DNA of 64,000 nucleotides from Amoebidium appalachense (GCA_963693365.1 CAVNZM010000014.1:1860001-1924000); one strand, 5' to 3'. Shown: positions 27,663-41,594, numbered from the stretch's first letter. Made by a program: numbers and translations. The notes: generated by a model from the letters alone, not told the origin.

Positions 27663-27873
27663 AGCACGTGTATGGTACCACGTGTGGGTGTGGAAAGCCT
27701 ACGTGGTGCCATGCGTGTTTGGCCATATAGGGCTCTTAGTGATACTATTGCTGGAACGGCATGTGCTTGCGTACAAGTGAAGTAACTTGAACTCCGAATT
27801 TGCGTAGTGCTGGTTGTGCTTGCTTGTGTGTGTGTGTGTGTGTTTGTGTGCGCGCGCGCGCACGCGAGAGAGA

Positions 27874-27906
<33 letters not shown>

Positions 27907-28307
27907 TGATGTGAGAGTTTGACACCATCGTTTAGCCAGTCCACGAGCTTCAAGGTGCAAAGATTGCCAAATCTACTACGGTTCTTGCTCTATGGCAACA
28001 TTAACATCACGGATGTCCATTTACCTGATATATAACACCAGGGGATACACCGAGCGAAAACCACCACACCTGCAGCTGATGCCTGAGACTGAGACTGGTC
28101 TCTAGCTGTGCCCAGAGTAAACCTCCTCTATATTTGTTCTGTCCCGGGCCCCCTGCGGCTTATTTGTGGCCGCACTACGTGCGCATTTACCTGCACCCTC
28201 CAAAAAAAGACTTTCATGAAGTTCGGCACCTTGCGGCACTGTAATTTGCAACACAGAATACACTCCCTGTTCATCCCCCCCCCCCCCCCCCCCCCCGGTG
28301 ACCACCA

Positions 28308-28347
<40 letters not shown>

Positions 28348-28840
28348 ACACCCGCGCGTCGAGGGTTTCTCCCCCATTCCAGTAAATACTGCGCTGATAC
28401 ATTTAATAAACGACGTCAGCAGTTTTTATTTGATTAACACAGCCACCTGCACAGCAGGATCTTTACAGATATCTTTTGAATTTTAGGTAAACCTATATAT
28501 AATTAGATGTATATGTAGCGCTTATTTGGCTGTCGTTTCTACACAGGCAAACTGCGCGCCCCTATAGACCAGGTTTACGTTGACAATGATATATAAATGT
28601 CCATTCTATCTGCATAGTGCTTGAACCGAACATCTTAGCAGTGTACATGCTTATCGTAGCTATATATTACGAAGTTCATTCCGGCTTCAAACATCTGTTC
28701 GGATATAAGCAAGTTTGCACAGGTGTGAGGTTGAGTGGGTCCCCCCCCCTTCCCCCTCCCCCAAACAACACATGCACATCATCACACACACACCTCAATA
28801 CTTCTATAGACCACCTTACCCCACACCCTCTCCGGCCTCC

Positions 28841-29881
28841 TTACGCATACTTAAACCCCACCAAACTAACCGCCATAATAGCCATACCAGCAACCACAAA
28901 CTTACTCACCAATCTATCCTCAGGATCGTGCGAAATCGCAATAGGGAGCAATTCCTTGAGAGAAATGAGCGTCATCACACCTCCTACAAGCCCAAAAATC
29001 ACCGCAAACACAACATCATTCAAGTACTCAGACAGAATCAACCAAGTGAAAAACGCCGCGAGGGGCTCGGCGATTGCAGAAACACAAACGTAGCCGAAGG
29101 CCTTTCGTGCGCTTCCGGTGGCAAAGTACATGGGCACACCAACGGCAAGACCTTCTGGAATGTTGTGAATTGCAATGGCAAATGCTAGCGGGGCACCGAC
29201 CTGTAGATAGGCGGTGATCGTGGTCAGTGATTTGTGTGTTACTTTGTCATATTGCTATTAGTTGGTTTCTGAACGAGATTTTTGTTCCGGAATATCACAA
29301 GTAGAAGAAAAGACGTACATATCACGTTGGCCTCCCAACGACAATTTGTTCAGGAACATTACCAGTACAAGAAAATTCGTGTTAGGCCTCTAACGATATT
29401 TTATTCCGGCCAGTACTTGAAAAGACGTAGGTGGCCTCTTCACCGCATTTTGTTCCAAAAAAAGAAACGACGGTGGAGTAAATGTGACGAGCTAAGTAAG
29501 GGAACCTAATAATGTGCCAGGAGCAACGGCAAGAAAATGGAATGTACTTCAGGTACCACGTAGAAAACGTAACAACGATGACTGTAGAACAAAGAAAAGG
29601 AAACACTATGGGTGTGTAATTGAGGCAGAGCAAGCAGATTCAATAGAGATCACGAAAATCAAGCACGGTACACCCTTCAATTCTTCAGGTGGAAAAGCAA
29701 GACGCGCGCGGGGAGGAGGGGAGTGGGGAGGGGGGGGGGGGGGAGGGGGGGGGGGGGGGGGGAGGGGGGGGGGTCAAAATGTGTTATAGAGTACGAAGTA
29801 CACATTCATAACGGACAAAATAACGCAGAGTTCAAACAACACGAAGAGTATGCATAATGGGGTGTGGAGGTGGGGGGATGT

Positions 29882-29920
<39 letters not shown>

Positions 29921-30653
29921 AGGGGGTTTTGAATGCGTCAAAAAGTACGAAGTACACAAGAACAAACGGATAACACGATGCAGAATGCAAGCCATACATA
30001 AAGAGTATGCATAATAAGCAGAGCCCATCCTCAGGGGGGGCCCACGTCATCCACAGTACCCGAGTTTCGACCTATTCCCCTCGTTAACGAAACCCAACTC
30101 AGATACTGTTTCACTTGAACATGAGTAGGTCACCCGTCTTGATCGGGTTATTACCTTTGGATCGTGCAATGCAGCCACAAACGTAGCAATGCCCTCAGGG
30201 AAATTATGAATAGTAATGGCCAAAGCCGTCAACACACCAGTTCTGTGCAACCTCTGTTTCTTCTTTTCGTCCCAAATGGGACTCGAGTCACCAGAAACAC
30301 CATCCACGGCAACGACGGTAGATGGTTCGGGAATGTGGATGGAATGTGTGGAATTTGGACCGTTCTTGTTTTCGCTGCCGATAGCGGTTGTGGTGCAACT
30401 TAGGGTTTGGGCTTCGAGGAGGTCTTGGCAACCGCATGCGGTAGTGCCACCAACCTGGGAGAGAATATTCAGTTATGATAAACCGAACCATGCCGCATGG
30501 GCATACATTAAGCACAGAATGCTGATGGTGTTCCCTAAAAACGATATGTATGCCTTCATGCCCCCCCCCCCCCCCTTTGTGACTGAGGAGAAACGAATAA
30601 TTGCACTAAGGGAGCTTGGCAGTGTGTGGCTGTGTGTATCAGTGTGCATGTAT

Positions 30654-30702
<49 letters not shown>

Positions 30703-30799
30703 TGTAACAGTTCTAACACTAATTTGTTGCAGCACGTTCTTGGTCATCCCTATCAGCGCCCCCCCGTCCCCCCCCCTCTCCCCCCCCCCCCCACCACCA

Positions 30800-30897
<98 letters not shown>

Positions 30898-31963
30898 ACC
30901 ACCACCACCACTGCCACCACCCCTCCCTAAAATTCCAACAGCAACCTTTCCCTGTTTTTCCAATATCAAGTGAGCCGCATTCCTAACCTTTTCCCTCCAA
31001 AAAAACTCAAGACAGAGAACTCCATTTCGGCAAAGCACTGACCTTATCTTTGGTCATAACTGACGTCTCACCCAGAACCACACCGCCATCAACTCCCTCC
31101 GCCGCCTGGTCCTCAATGATTCTCTGCTGAACATGCGACGCCTTGATCTGCCTGGCTGCTTGCTGAATTTCATCTGCTTGGACACCATGGCAATCTGCTG
31201 GATTCATCGCATGGACAAGAAGATCCAGAAGAAAAACAACGACGAATCCTCCAAAGAAGCAGAGTGTGGCAAATGTGTAGGAGTTGTCCTCTTCTATGCC
31301 GCTCCGCATGAAATATGAGTATGACTTCTGGAAGATCTCCATGCAAGACACGTACGTCATCTGCAGATGCAGTTACATTTTAGTATTGCGAAAAAAGGCA
31401 CTCCTCAATTATCAACAGGAAGGGATGCTGCCAAGCATGGGCCAAAGCAACAAGCAGGCGTAAATTGAAGCCAGCAATGATGGTTCCCAAACTTCTTCAC
31501 TAAGATTAGTAAGCCCTCGAAGCATTCAAAACCTAGAAGTTCATGGAATCCACGGTGTGGGAATCACGCATCACCAAGGGCAGGGGAAAAAAGAGAGAAC
31601 TAGCCGGGCATGGTCCATGCAAATACGGTAAATATAGGTATGCACAGGCTCTACAACCCTTAATCCACATAAAGCCAAGTGCACCGCCTGCTGCCTAGTG
31701 TGCAGTTCACAGTGATAGACTCGTGCTTTTTGGGCCGGGGGCTTTGGAGGGGACAGGGGGGGAGGGGGGAGGGGGGGATATAAAAGGGAAAACGAACTCA
31801 CCACGCCTGCTGTGAACGCCAATGACGCAGCCAAAAACTTGTCAGAGCCCACTGCCTTCAGCAGCCTCGTGTTAAAGATAATGGCACCGCCCAAAAGGGT
31901 GGCGGCCCCAGAGCCTATTGTTAGCGCGAAGGCAAGCGCGACTTCAGGTCCCGTTTGCACCAT
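28841..31963 (-). CDS. ZIP-family zinc/divalent metal transporter (ZupT/GufA type), 4 exons (31802-31963, 31043-31360, 30155-30454, 28841-29200), 379 aa
   Basis: Multiple TM segments, signature motifs [10 protein letters not shown] and [31 protein letters not shown]. All three introns are phase 0 GT-AG. Confidence 0.93.
29774..29858 (-). mobile_element. Poly-C-associated repeat, diverged short copy F
   Basis: Shares agtacgaagtacaca and aagagtatgcataat with the 3' end of the family. Abuts a poly-C run on the element strand. Confidence 0.65.
29928..30144 (-). mobile_element. Poly-C-associated retroelement-like repeat, copy B (~217 bp) in ZIP intron 3
   Basis: Near-identical to the 3'-terminal ~217 bp of copies A, C and D. 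Begins ~10 nt after the splice donor. Confidence 0.85.
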
Positions 31964-34876
31964 TCTCGATCTGAAAAGCAGAAAAGAACTCAGGTGGGTG
32001 GTAGCGATGGAAAAATCTCAAACACGTGATGGGTTGAAAACTTGAACGGGAAACCCTTTCAGTGTATGACTATTTCGTAAGGCATGAGCAAGACATAGGT
32101 GTTGCTATGGTTTATTACGTGTTGTGCCACAACACTCCGGGTATACTTTTTGAATGCCTGTTGATCAACAGCCCGTTCAAATTGAATGCATGAAAACCCA
32201 AAGCCTGCATGAAAACGCACAACCTTACTTCTGTTTCAGAACATCGCTTTAGCTTTGATGTCAAAAAGCTGTGTGCCTAAGTTTGCTTTTGTCTGTAGGG
32301 CGAAGAAGAAAACACGTAAACGAAACCAACCCCTGATCGAAATCAACAGCTTGGACAGAACCGGAGTGTATGGGCTGTTCTGAAAGCATGTGGCACGCTA
32401 TTGATCCAACGTTCTGATGCGTAAAATCAGTTGTTGTTTGCCACCACTGATTTCATATATGGTTTCCCCTGTTGCAAAGTCTCGTTTCTCCTTTTGTTAT
32501 TCTGAACTAAACGTCTTGATAAACAATTACTGGCCCGCGCTGGCCCAGCAGGTGCGTTTCGGGGGTTTCAACAATTTGCAGAGGAAAAAATTTTGTAATC
32601 ACAATAAGAACCTACCTAAAAGTAAAATGTAGACGATGATACGAAGTAATAAAACGTTTTATAAATTATATGTTTTTAACGGAATTATAATAGGCAAAAC
32701 AACTATTCACACCGCTACACAACAACCAGGGCTAGAAATTATATTTTAGGATTGCTGTATTTTGGCACCTGGCGGATCGCCTCCTATTTTTGCCCGGAGA
32801 TATTTAGTTCTTTTTTACTTCCCTTGATCTATCCGATAAATGTATACCTATCCGGCGCCGGGGGGCCGAGCGTATGATTCATTTTTTTTATTTATGATTC
32901 ATTGGCAATATCATAATCTTGCGTTTATATTACTATGATATAAATCTCCTCTCAGTTATTCCCAACAATCATGTGTCCATTATGTTTGAGGGCAAGTTGC
33001 TACGTTTGCTGCTCCTTTCGAGCCTCACCAATATTGGCTATGCCGTCTGTTGAACTTTATATCTCTGAAAATTTGTAGACTGAATGCAAAATAGAACAAG
33101 CCCAGGAAGCACACTAAATTTGATATTGAGTGGATATCACAATCTGCATTTTCCAACTTCCTTGTCCGGCATTTGACTGGTCATGAGATATACTAGAAAT
33201 GCGGTATTGAGATAACTTCTGCGTTATTGCAAGTTCCAGTATTTTCCCAGGAAAAAACCCAGAGTTAAATTTTTGGGCGGTTCAAAGAGCCCTGGAGGCT
33301 GTGGGGGGAGGGGAGGGAAGGGGCGGAACTGAGTCCTTTTATTTACTTCCTCAGCCTCCAACTCAGATGGAACTAAGTCCCAGGCTTTACTGGTACTTTA
33401 AAAATTAACGATATATTTACTTCCGAAAACAGTGTAATTTCCTGCCCTGACAACAACTCCTTATGTTATTGAAAATTGAACAGATGGGGCATCGCGGTGC
33501 AAAATGAGGTTTTGGACCCTGCCTTACCCATGTTGCCCATTTTGTTAGGATGATTACAAACCAATTGAAAATCTTTACCCTCTTCTTGATTTTTTATACA
33601 GCCAATTAGAATTAATCATGTACCTCGAACGCGTTGACTGATAATGACCCTGGGTAGTTTGAGTCCTGTACGTGGGTCCTCTGAGCTGCCCGTGGCTCAA
33701 TGGCTGTGCCCGGCTTTGTCTTCCTTTTCATGCATAAAAACGAAATTTCGTTCTTGCCCTCGTGCTTTCTTACACTGTTGTTGGTTTTTTGGCTTCCTAG
33801 CCCATGCTTTCAGGCGCCGCCAACAGCGACGCTGCGACGGCCACCTGGGGCTTGAGCTGGGCTCATGAGCTGTTGTAGTATTTGCTGGATGACGACTGTT
33901 AGATCTGCCAATCACATCGGCAGCCAAAAGATGCTCTGCAAATGCCATGCTGCCTGCTGCTCTTTAGTTGATTCTTCTGTAGGTTCGCTTTGTTTATAAA
34001 AACCGCTTATAGGCTGCACGTACATACATATCAGCTTTGGAGGCCTGCTAATAATAAATTTGCGAATGATCACAGACCTAATAGAAAGTTGCTGTGCAAA
34101 GCCTCCCCTGACTCGAGATAGCGGCACGCTGATATGTACTTAGAAACTGCAAAACAATAAGTTATCTCAAGAATATCTTCAGAACAGAAGTCCGTTGCAG
34201 CACACTTGCCACATATGTGCAGCACCGATGTCGCACCGCTGGGCTCATGCGTGCTTCCTGTCTACAATCAACCCCTCTATATGCCATATAGTTTCTCTTT
34301 TGTTTTCCTCCCTTCCCTACACATCGGCGTTTCCTTACGAGTACCGTCGCGGCGGTCGTTGACTCGTTGTCACTACATGTTGCAAATTTGCTCCCTATGC
34401 TTTTATTCCACGAATTTTTTTCGAGTTGGATAAACATTGAATGGTGTGACGTAAGCATGTCAGTGAGCCAAACCCAGCCAAACACACACGTGCAGTCGTG
34501 CACTGCACAAAATGATTACGCAACCCCAAAAAGTGTCACAAGCAACAAATGGGTTGTTCTGTTTCAACCCCAGCACAGAACGTTAAGGAGAATGGGAAAA
34601 GAAGTAGAATTGGATGAGTTTTGTTTTTATGAAGCTGTGAGGTGAAACGGCCAGCGGTAGACGTGATAAGACGGGCTAAGATTCAGTGGGTGCTGTGGAG
34701 ACATCCATACCCCAGGCATTCGATAGTCTAGCTTACGCAACGGTGGTTTCTGGTTTTACCGTTTCTGGTGCACCTCTGCCCTTCTCCTTTGATTCCTTTT
34801 CCAGTTCCTCAAGTTGGCTTCTTCTTTCCTGTATTTGTGTCTGTTTTTTTTTCAAAAGCGTTAAACAGAGAGAAAG

Positions 34877-36626
34877 ATGGCTTCCACCGGTGTGATCACT
34901 AGGCAGGTGCTTGTGCGCATTAAGCGCAGAGCAACTGATGACCCTCTCGATGCGCTTGTGCTCGATGCCAAGAAGAGGAGGGTGGAGAGTGAGGAACCAG
35001 ATGCTCCAGGAAAGAACAGGTCAGTGGTGGCTTAGGTCTACCTGCTTGGATTATTGGCCAAGCACTTCATACGCACCGTTTTCGTGGTGTTACTGGCTTG
35101 TTTTGTTCTTTACTTCTTGTAGACAAGGTGAAACTCAACGCCTCCTTGACATGTTTTCTGTTTTGCTGGCTGGAACTAAGCTGATCTTTTTTATTTTCTG
35201 CTGTCATTTGGCGATTCGAAAAACAATTGTAGCGGAGGTTGAAAAGAAAGGACGTGTAAAGTCTACCAGGAGAGGGGGGGGGGGGGGGGGGTTGGCATGG
35301 CATGGTTCGAAGCCAACGTTTTGCTCTCTCCAGCCTCATTTATTGCAAACAGTTTTATGTATTGGCTTTTCAGCCTTATTTTTCACTTGCTGCCCACACG
35401 TCCAAGCGCATCCAGTTTTTGTTCCATCTTCTTTGGCCACACAATCCAGCACCTAACATGAGATTTCCCTGGCAGTGACGAGATCCCAGAGGTGGAGACA
35501 CGTGTCTTCCGTCTCCTCCAGACAGTTCCCCTCTCTGGTTTTCTGGAGGTGGACGATGTTCTGGGGTTCATTGAAAAGAGAGAGCAGGAGCCTCTGAAAG
35601 GCGCACCCAGTCGTTCATCTGTCAAAGATGCGTCACCTACGGTCCAGAGGAAGAAGGAGGAGAGGGCAGAGAAGGTTAAGGAGACAATACGGCAGGCGCG
35701 CTACAAAGTGGTTGCCAACAGACGAGGCGTGAAGGAGCCGGTTAGGTGTGTGAACGCATATTGACCCTCTTGGTGATTGTGCATATGTGCTTGTAGGAAT
35801 AGGTGAAGTGTCTTAGAAGCGGGTTTTTGCTTACTCACAGTTGAACATATCAAGGGAGCAAGTGGAGAGGGAAGAAGAGGAAGGGGGTTGGAGGAGGGTA
35901 TTTCTGATACTTGCTTTTCCTTTTTTGGGTGAGTATGAAGCCCTTAAATTTTGGCTGCATCATGCTGTAACTTACAATGTCCCCCCTCCCCTCCCTTCCC
36001 TGAGGATGGGCTCTGCTTATGACGCATACTGTGCGCATGGCTGATGTTGCATACTTGAATGTTTGCCTTTGCATGTGTCCTGCACCATGCTTCTCATCGT
36101 GTATGCGTACTTCGTACTGTGTTCCGCATTCAAACCCCCCCCCCTGCCCTCTTTCGATTCTCCTCCCCCCCCCCCCCCCCCCGTTTTCCTTTATACCCCT
36201 TCCCCTCCTTCCCCCCCTTTCCTCCCCCACGTCCCTCCCCCTCCTCTCCCCTTTCTCCCTTTCCACCTCCTTCACCTCCCCCTTCTCCGTTTGTCCCTCG
36301 TACTCCGTCGCCCCCCCCCTCCACACATATCCACACACACACACACACATATATATATGTGCGCACACGTCTTCCCACCTTCAACATCTCTTTTTTTCAG
36401 GGAGTCTCTCAAGCGCACGTTTGAGGTTGTGGACATTGAGAGGGAGGATGACGCTGGGCAGCCAGCAGCCAAGAAGGGGCCGGCCACTAGCAGGAGAGGA
36501 GGGGAGGAGCAGCCAAAGAGGATGAGGCGTAGGCCCGTGAATGGAGACCCATACAGAGACGATGCGCTCATGTGCAACTCCGTGCCCCTGGTACGTGTGT
36601 GTGTGTGTGTGTCTGTGTCTGTGTCT

Positions 36627-36688
<62 letters not shown>

Positions 36689-37045
36689 TGGCCAGTGGGG
36701 TGCGAGAGGGGGCGGGGGGGGAAGAGGAGGGGATGGGGGTGGTTGAGCAGGGGGGAGGGGGGAGGGGGGAGGATGAGAGGGAGGGGAAGGAAAGCGCACA
36801 GGCAGAGTGAAGCGGCTTTTTTCTTTTCGGGGGGCGAGGGAGGGATGGGCGAGGGGGATGAGGGGTACAACACCCCTTTTCTGTTTTGGGGGGGTTTGGG
36901 GTGGTGTGTGTGTCTGGGGGGGGGGGGGGGGGGGGTGTCCAGAGAATGGGTTGGTGTTCGTGGGTGTGTAGAGTGTAGAGTGGGTGGCGATGGCACCTGT
37001 GTGTGTTGGGAAAGTGGGGAGGGGGTTGTGGGGGTGGGTGTGTGT

Positions 37046-37080
<35 letters not shown>

Positions 37081-37726
37081 ATCTGGGTCAGGCGTGGTTG
37101 TGTATGTGTGCTGGGTGGGTGTAGGTGTGCAACCTGTAAGGGGTTTGTATGGGTGCATGTGTGTGTGTGTGTGGGGGGTTGCCTTCTTTTTTTCTTTGTG
37201 TGTGTGTGTGTGTGGGGGGGGGGGGGTGTATGCTAGAATCTGAAAGCTTTGGCTGTCACCCGCTTGCACACTTCATCACACGCACACCCACAGTCGTACA
37301 CACGCACACACGCGCATACACACCCTCCCCTCCCCCCTCCCCCCTCCCCCTCTTCCCCTCTCCCCTTCTCTGCCACCCCCCCCCCCCCCCCCCCCCCCCC
37401 CACCCCACCCACCCACCCACCCACACATGCACACACCTCACACACATTGGTCTCCCACAGGTACGTGAAAAGCTCTCCCTCCGTGAGCGCGTAGCACAGC
37501 TCAACGTGCAAGACTCGGGCAGTGAAACCGACGAAGAAGATCGGGACTACGTGTACGACTACTACTACCAGACGGTGGGGGGGAGGAGGCCGTGGGGGAG
37601 GGTATGGTGAGGATAGAGACATTCAGAGAGAATTTGATGCTGGAGGAGGAGTATGATACGTCTAGTGATGATGATGTCGGTATGTGTGTGCTTAATGAAT
37701 TTCAATGTGGAAGGGGGTTGGGTGGG

Positions 37727-37759
<33 letters not shown>

Positions 37760-38563
37760 AGGGGAGTGGAAAGAGGTTGGGGGGGGGGGGGGGGATGGGG
37801 TGTGAAGCGTTGTGGGATGTGGTGGTGATGGGGGTGGGGGGGGAGGGGGGAGCGAGAGGTGGGGACTTATGCAACGTCTAGTGATGAGGATGTTGGTGTG
37901 TGTACCCCCTGACGTATACAGAGAGCGGGAGGAAGGGAAGGAAAGTGGGAGGTGTGGGGAAGGGGGGGAGGGGGGCGGGAAGGTGGAGGTTGAGATAGGG
38001 AGGCGGGAAGTAGAGGGAGTTGGGAGATGAAATGGGGAAGGTGTCAGGGTCGGTGTGTATGTGTCTGCGCATGGATGTGTGTGTGCTTGACCTTTCAAGG
38101 GGGAAAGGGCGGTACGGGGAGGAGTGGGTGGGAGGGGAGGGGGTGGAAAACGGGCAGGGGGCAGAAGGCAGGAAGGTGGGAGATGTGTACATGTGTGTGT
38201 GTGTGTGTGTGTATAGTTGTGTGTGTATGATGGCAGACTGGCAGGAAGTGGGTTGGTTAGGACAGGAGTATGGACGAGAAGTGGGGAGGAGGGAGTAGTA
38301 AAGAATGAGTGGGTGCATGACCCGTGGGGAAACGGGAAGGAGAGGATTGGGCACATGTCGGCTAATAATAAGTGGAGAGTTTTTCTTTCTTTCTTTCTTT
38401 CTTTTTTTTTTTTTTTTTTTTTGGGGGGGGGGGGAGGGGGGGGGGGAAGAGTTTGTGCTGGTGTATTGTTGGGGCCGGGTGGGTGGGTGGGTGATGGTAG
38501 TAGTGGTGGTGGGATGTGTGTGTGTGTTTGTTGGTGGTGGTGGTGGTGGTGGTGGTGGTGGGT

Positions 38564-38606
<43 letters not shown>

Positions 38607-39037
38607 GGCCGGGGGGTAAGGTGGGGCTGAGTGCCACGTACTGACTTGGGTGTCGGTCAGATGAGGATTCGAACGACGAGAACCACTGGGCTGCAGACTA
38701 CCCGGACGAGAACAATGTGTTCTACAGGTGGGTGCATGATCTGTCTAGGCGGGTTTTGTAGCTGGGTGTGGTGTGTGTGTTTGTGCAGACGAGTGGGGTG
38801 AGAGAAGTGGCCGTGTTGAAATGAAGAGTTTAGGAATGGTGGTGTTTGTGTGTGTTTTTTTAGGACGGGCGGGGAGGAAAAGGGAGAGAGAGACGGAGGG
38901 AAGGAGGTGGCGGATGTGACTGTGTATTTGTGTCCATGCGTGAAAGTATTGCTGTGGAGCCCACCCCTAGTATGTTGAAGTTTATGCTAGGTTTTTGTGT
39001 TCTGTGTGTTTGCCATCCCCGTCCCTCTCCTCCCCCC

Positions 39038-39070
<33 letters not shown>

Positions 39071-40429
39071 TTCTGCATACCCCCTTTCATAGCTATAGAC
39101 ACACTTCACACATTGCGTTACGCGCACGCATGCACACACCGCTCTGTTGGCGACAGCTCCCTTGGAACCCATGCGGCATGTTACCCGCCGGCGTAACATA
39201 ACTCGGACTATCGGTTTGGCTTTTTTCAAGCCCAAAGCAATGGGTGATACCATATTTCCGGCTGACATCCGGGGGCATAGCTTTCCGTTCGAAGACGATA
39301 AAGTTCCGCCCTAGTAAGCGTGTTACTACCCTGCGGCGTGGGTCAAATCTCATATTTTCCCCTCTGATTACGAATTCTGTGGCCTTCGGGACTTAATTCT
39401 TTTCAGCTGGTGTAGTATGTTAGCCAGGGAAGTATCGACTTAGGTATCGACGGGGGAGCTTCCTAGAAGCCCCGTCTCCTGAGTTCCTATCTATATTTTT
39501 CTTGCTTCTGCTTACTGCTGCAACTTTAACCCCCGGCCTTTCCCACTGCCCTTGCCTGCATAAGCAACCCTGCTCGTCTCTGATCAAGACGGGTGACCTA
39601 CTCATGTTCAAGTGAAACAGTATCTGAGTTGGGTTTCGTTAACGAGGGGAATAGGTCGAAACTCGGGTACTGTGGATGACGTGGGCCCCCCCTGAGGATG
39701 GGCTCTGCTTATTATGCATACTCTTTATGTATGGCTTGCATTCTGCATCGTGTTATCCGTTTGTTCTTGTGTACTTCGTACTTTTTGACGCATTCAAACC
39801 CCCCCCCCCCCCCCCCCCCCCCCCTCGTTTCCCAACATGAAGGTTTTTTACGAGCAAGAGCAATCCGGTTGACGTGTTTTGTTTTTGGAAAGAGGGACGA
39901 GATAGGGCCTGGGGTGGGATACAGCTGGAAATGACATCAGTAATGGTGTGGCTGAAGAGTTCGCCTGCCATGTTAGCTGCCAGGAGGACCCAAATATCCT
40001 TTTGGCCTCTGCATCATGTGCGCGCGAACACACACACACACACACACACACGTGCGCGCACACGCACACACAGGCACACACACACGCGCGGCGCGCGCGC
40101 GCGCGTCCGCATACACACACACACACACACGAGGGTTCTCCCTGTGGGTGTTGTGGTGTACGTATGCTATTAATTAACCCTTTGCGTGTGCAAGCTAGTA
40201 TCAACCCTTTGTGTGTGCAAGCCAACATTAACCTTTTTGTGTGTGCAAGCCAACATTAACCCTTTTGTGTGTGCAAGCCAATATTAACCCTTCTGTGTGT
40301 GCAAGCCAATATTAACCCTTTGTGTGTGCAAGCAGTAGCGAGGAGGACGGAGACGAACAGGAGGAGGAGGAGGACTATGACTCGGACGCTGACCCCTACG
40401 GGGAGACTTACAGAAGGCCCGTGTGGTGA
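34877..40429 (+). CDS. IWR1: RNA polymerase II nuclear import factor IWR1/SLC7A6OS; exons 34877-35019, 35476-35745, 36401-36590, 37461-37679, 38661-38727, ~40336-40429
   Basis: VLVRIKRRATDDPLDALVLDAKKRR, RVFRLLQTV, LMCNSVPLVRE, DYVYDYYY and DEDSNDENHWAADYPDE match Iwr1/SLC7A6OS motifs. One frameshift in the G7 run at 37577-37583, probably a homopolymer error. Confidence 0.87.
35998..36134 (+). mobile_element. Poly-C-associated repeat, diverged copy E in IWR1 intron 2
   Basis: Starts ccctgaggatgggctctgcttat and ends gtacttcgtact...cgcattcaaa(c)n like the other copies. The middle is diverged. Confidence 0.75.
39314..39798 (+). mobile_element. Poly-C-associated retroelement-like repeat, copy C (probably extends upstream towards ~39140)
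   Basis: Inverted near-identical match to 13250-13734. Complex unique sequence continues 5' of the point where copy A is truncated. The 3' end is followed by poly-C. Confidence 0.85.
40173..40332 (+). repeat. Six-copy 27-28 bp tandem repeat at the last IWR1 3' splice site
   Basis: Unit attaaccctttgtgtgtgcaagccaay. Confidence 0.9.
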
Positions 40430-41186
40430 AAGAACAAGGAAACAAGAAAACAAGAATGGGAGATGGGGAATAGGAGAAATTTTAGACGGCTAGGCATGTT
40501 GTCTGAGCGGTGGGACGGGTGGAGGGCAGGGAGGGGTTGGGTTTGTCGGTGTGCTGCTGTTTTAGTAGTGTGTAAACACGACGGACACAGATGTGGATCT
40601 ATGGGGGTGTTTTGAATGACTTTGGGCCGATACTGTTGAACATAGATTGAATAATAGTGAATGTTTTCACAGGAGAGCTGTTAGGTATGTAACCACACAG
40701 TTGAAGTTCATACCTCTCGCGCACAAGACCAAAGAAATTTCGGGAGAGGGGATGGGGGGGAAAAAAAGACAAAAGAAAAAAAAAAAAGAAAGACAAGAGA
40801 ACATAAGAATCCCGGGCAAGTGCAGTGCCAGCCCAGACAGTGGCACATGTGTATTGTTGTGTTTAGGGAAGGGAAAATGATATGAATTATAAGCTTGGAT
40901 ATCCTGTTAGAATCGAATGTAGTAAGAAAACGATGCATTATTATTGCCACCCAATGCATGCTCTTCTCATAGCTCAATGTGTACAGTATGATCCTTTGTA
41001 CCAGGACTTGCGGATGTCTTGTTTGTTCATATCTCAAGAGTGATCTAATAAAGTCATCTCTTTAAAAATTACCTCATGACCCTCGTGCCCCTTTTTGGGT
41101 AATTACGTAAAACCGTTTGAAAAGCATACATGTGCTTGGGTAAATTGTTTGCTTGGCCACTGGGTTTCTGGATAACTACTGCCCCC

Positions 41187-41221
<35 letters not shown>

Positions 41222-41223
<2 letters not shown>

Positions 41224-41542
41224 TGAGTTCCTATCTATATTTTTCTTGCTTCTGCTTACTGCTGCAACTTTAACCCCCGGCCTTTCCCACTGCCCTTGCC
41301 TGCATAAGCAACCCTGCTCGTCTCTGATCAAGACGGGTGACCTACTCATGTTCAAGTGAAACAGTATCTGAGTTGGGTTTCGTTAACGAGGGGAATAGGT
41401 CGAAACTCGGGTACTGTGGATGACGTGGGCCCCCCCTGAGGATGGGCTCTGCTTATTATGCATACTCTTTATGTATGGCTTGCATTCTGCATCGTGTTAT
41501 CCGTTTGTTCTTGTGTACTTCGTACTTTTTGACGCATTCAAA
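41222..41542 (+). mobile_element. Poly-C-associated retroelement-like repeat, copy D (~320 bp)
   Basis: Matches 39478-39798. Poly-C on both sides. Confidence 0.85.
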
Positions 41543-41594
41543 CCCCCCCCCCCCCCCCCCCCCCCCCCTTCCCGCCCCTCCTCCCCCTCAACAA

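Noticed and set aside
32727-33295. Possible hAT-like element (ccagggct...agccctgg)
   Set aside because: Only an 8-bp inverted match and no target-site duplication.
33644-34650. Short ORFs between ZIP and IWR1
   Set aside because: No motifs, splice logic or codon bias to support them.
39655-39710. Possible hammerhead ribozyme in the poly-C element (GAAAC...GTA and CTGAGGA)
   Set aside because: The core motifs are present but stems I and II cannot be formed in any permutation I tried.
40173-40332. CRISPR-like appearance of 27-28 bp repeats
   Set aside because: Units are contiguous without unique spacers, and the context is a eukaryotic intron.
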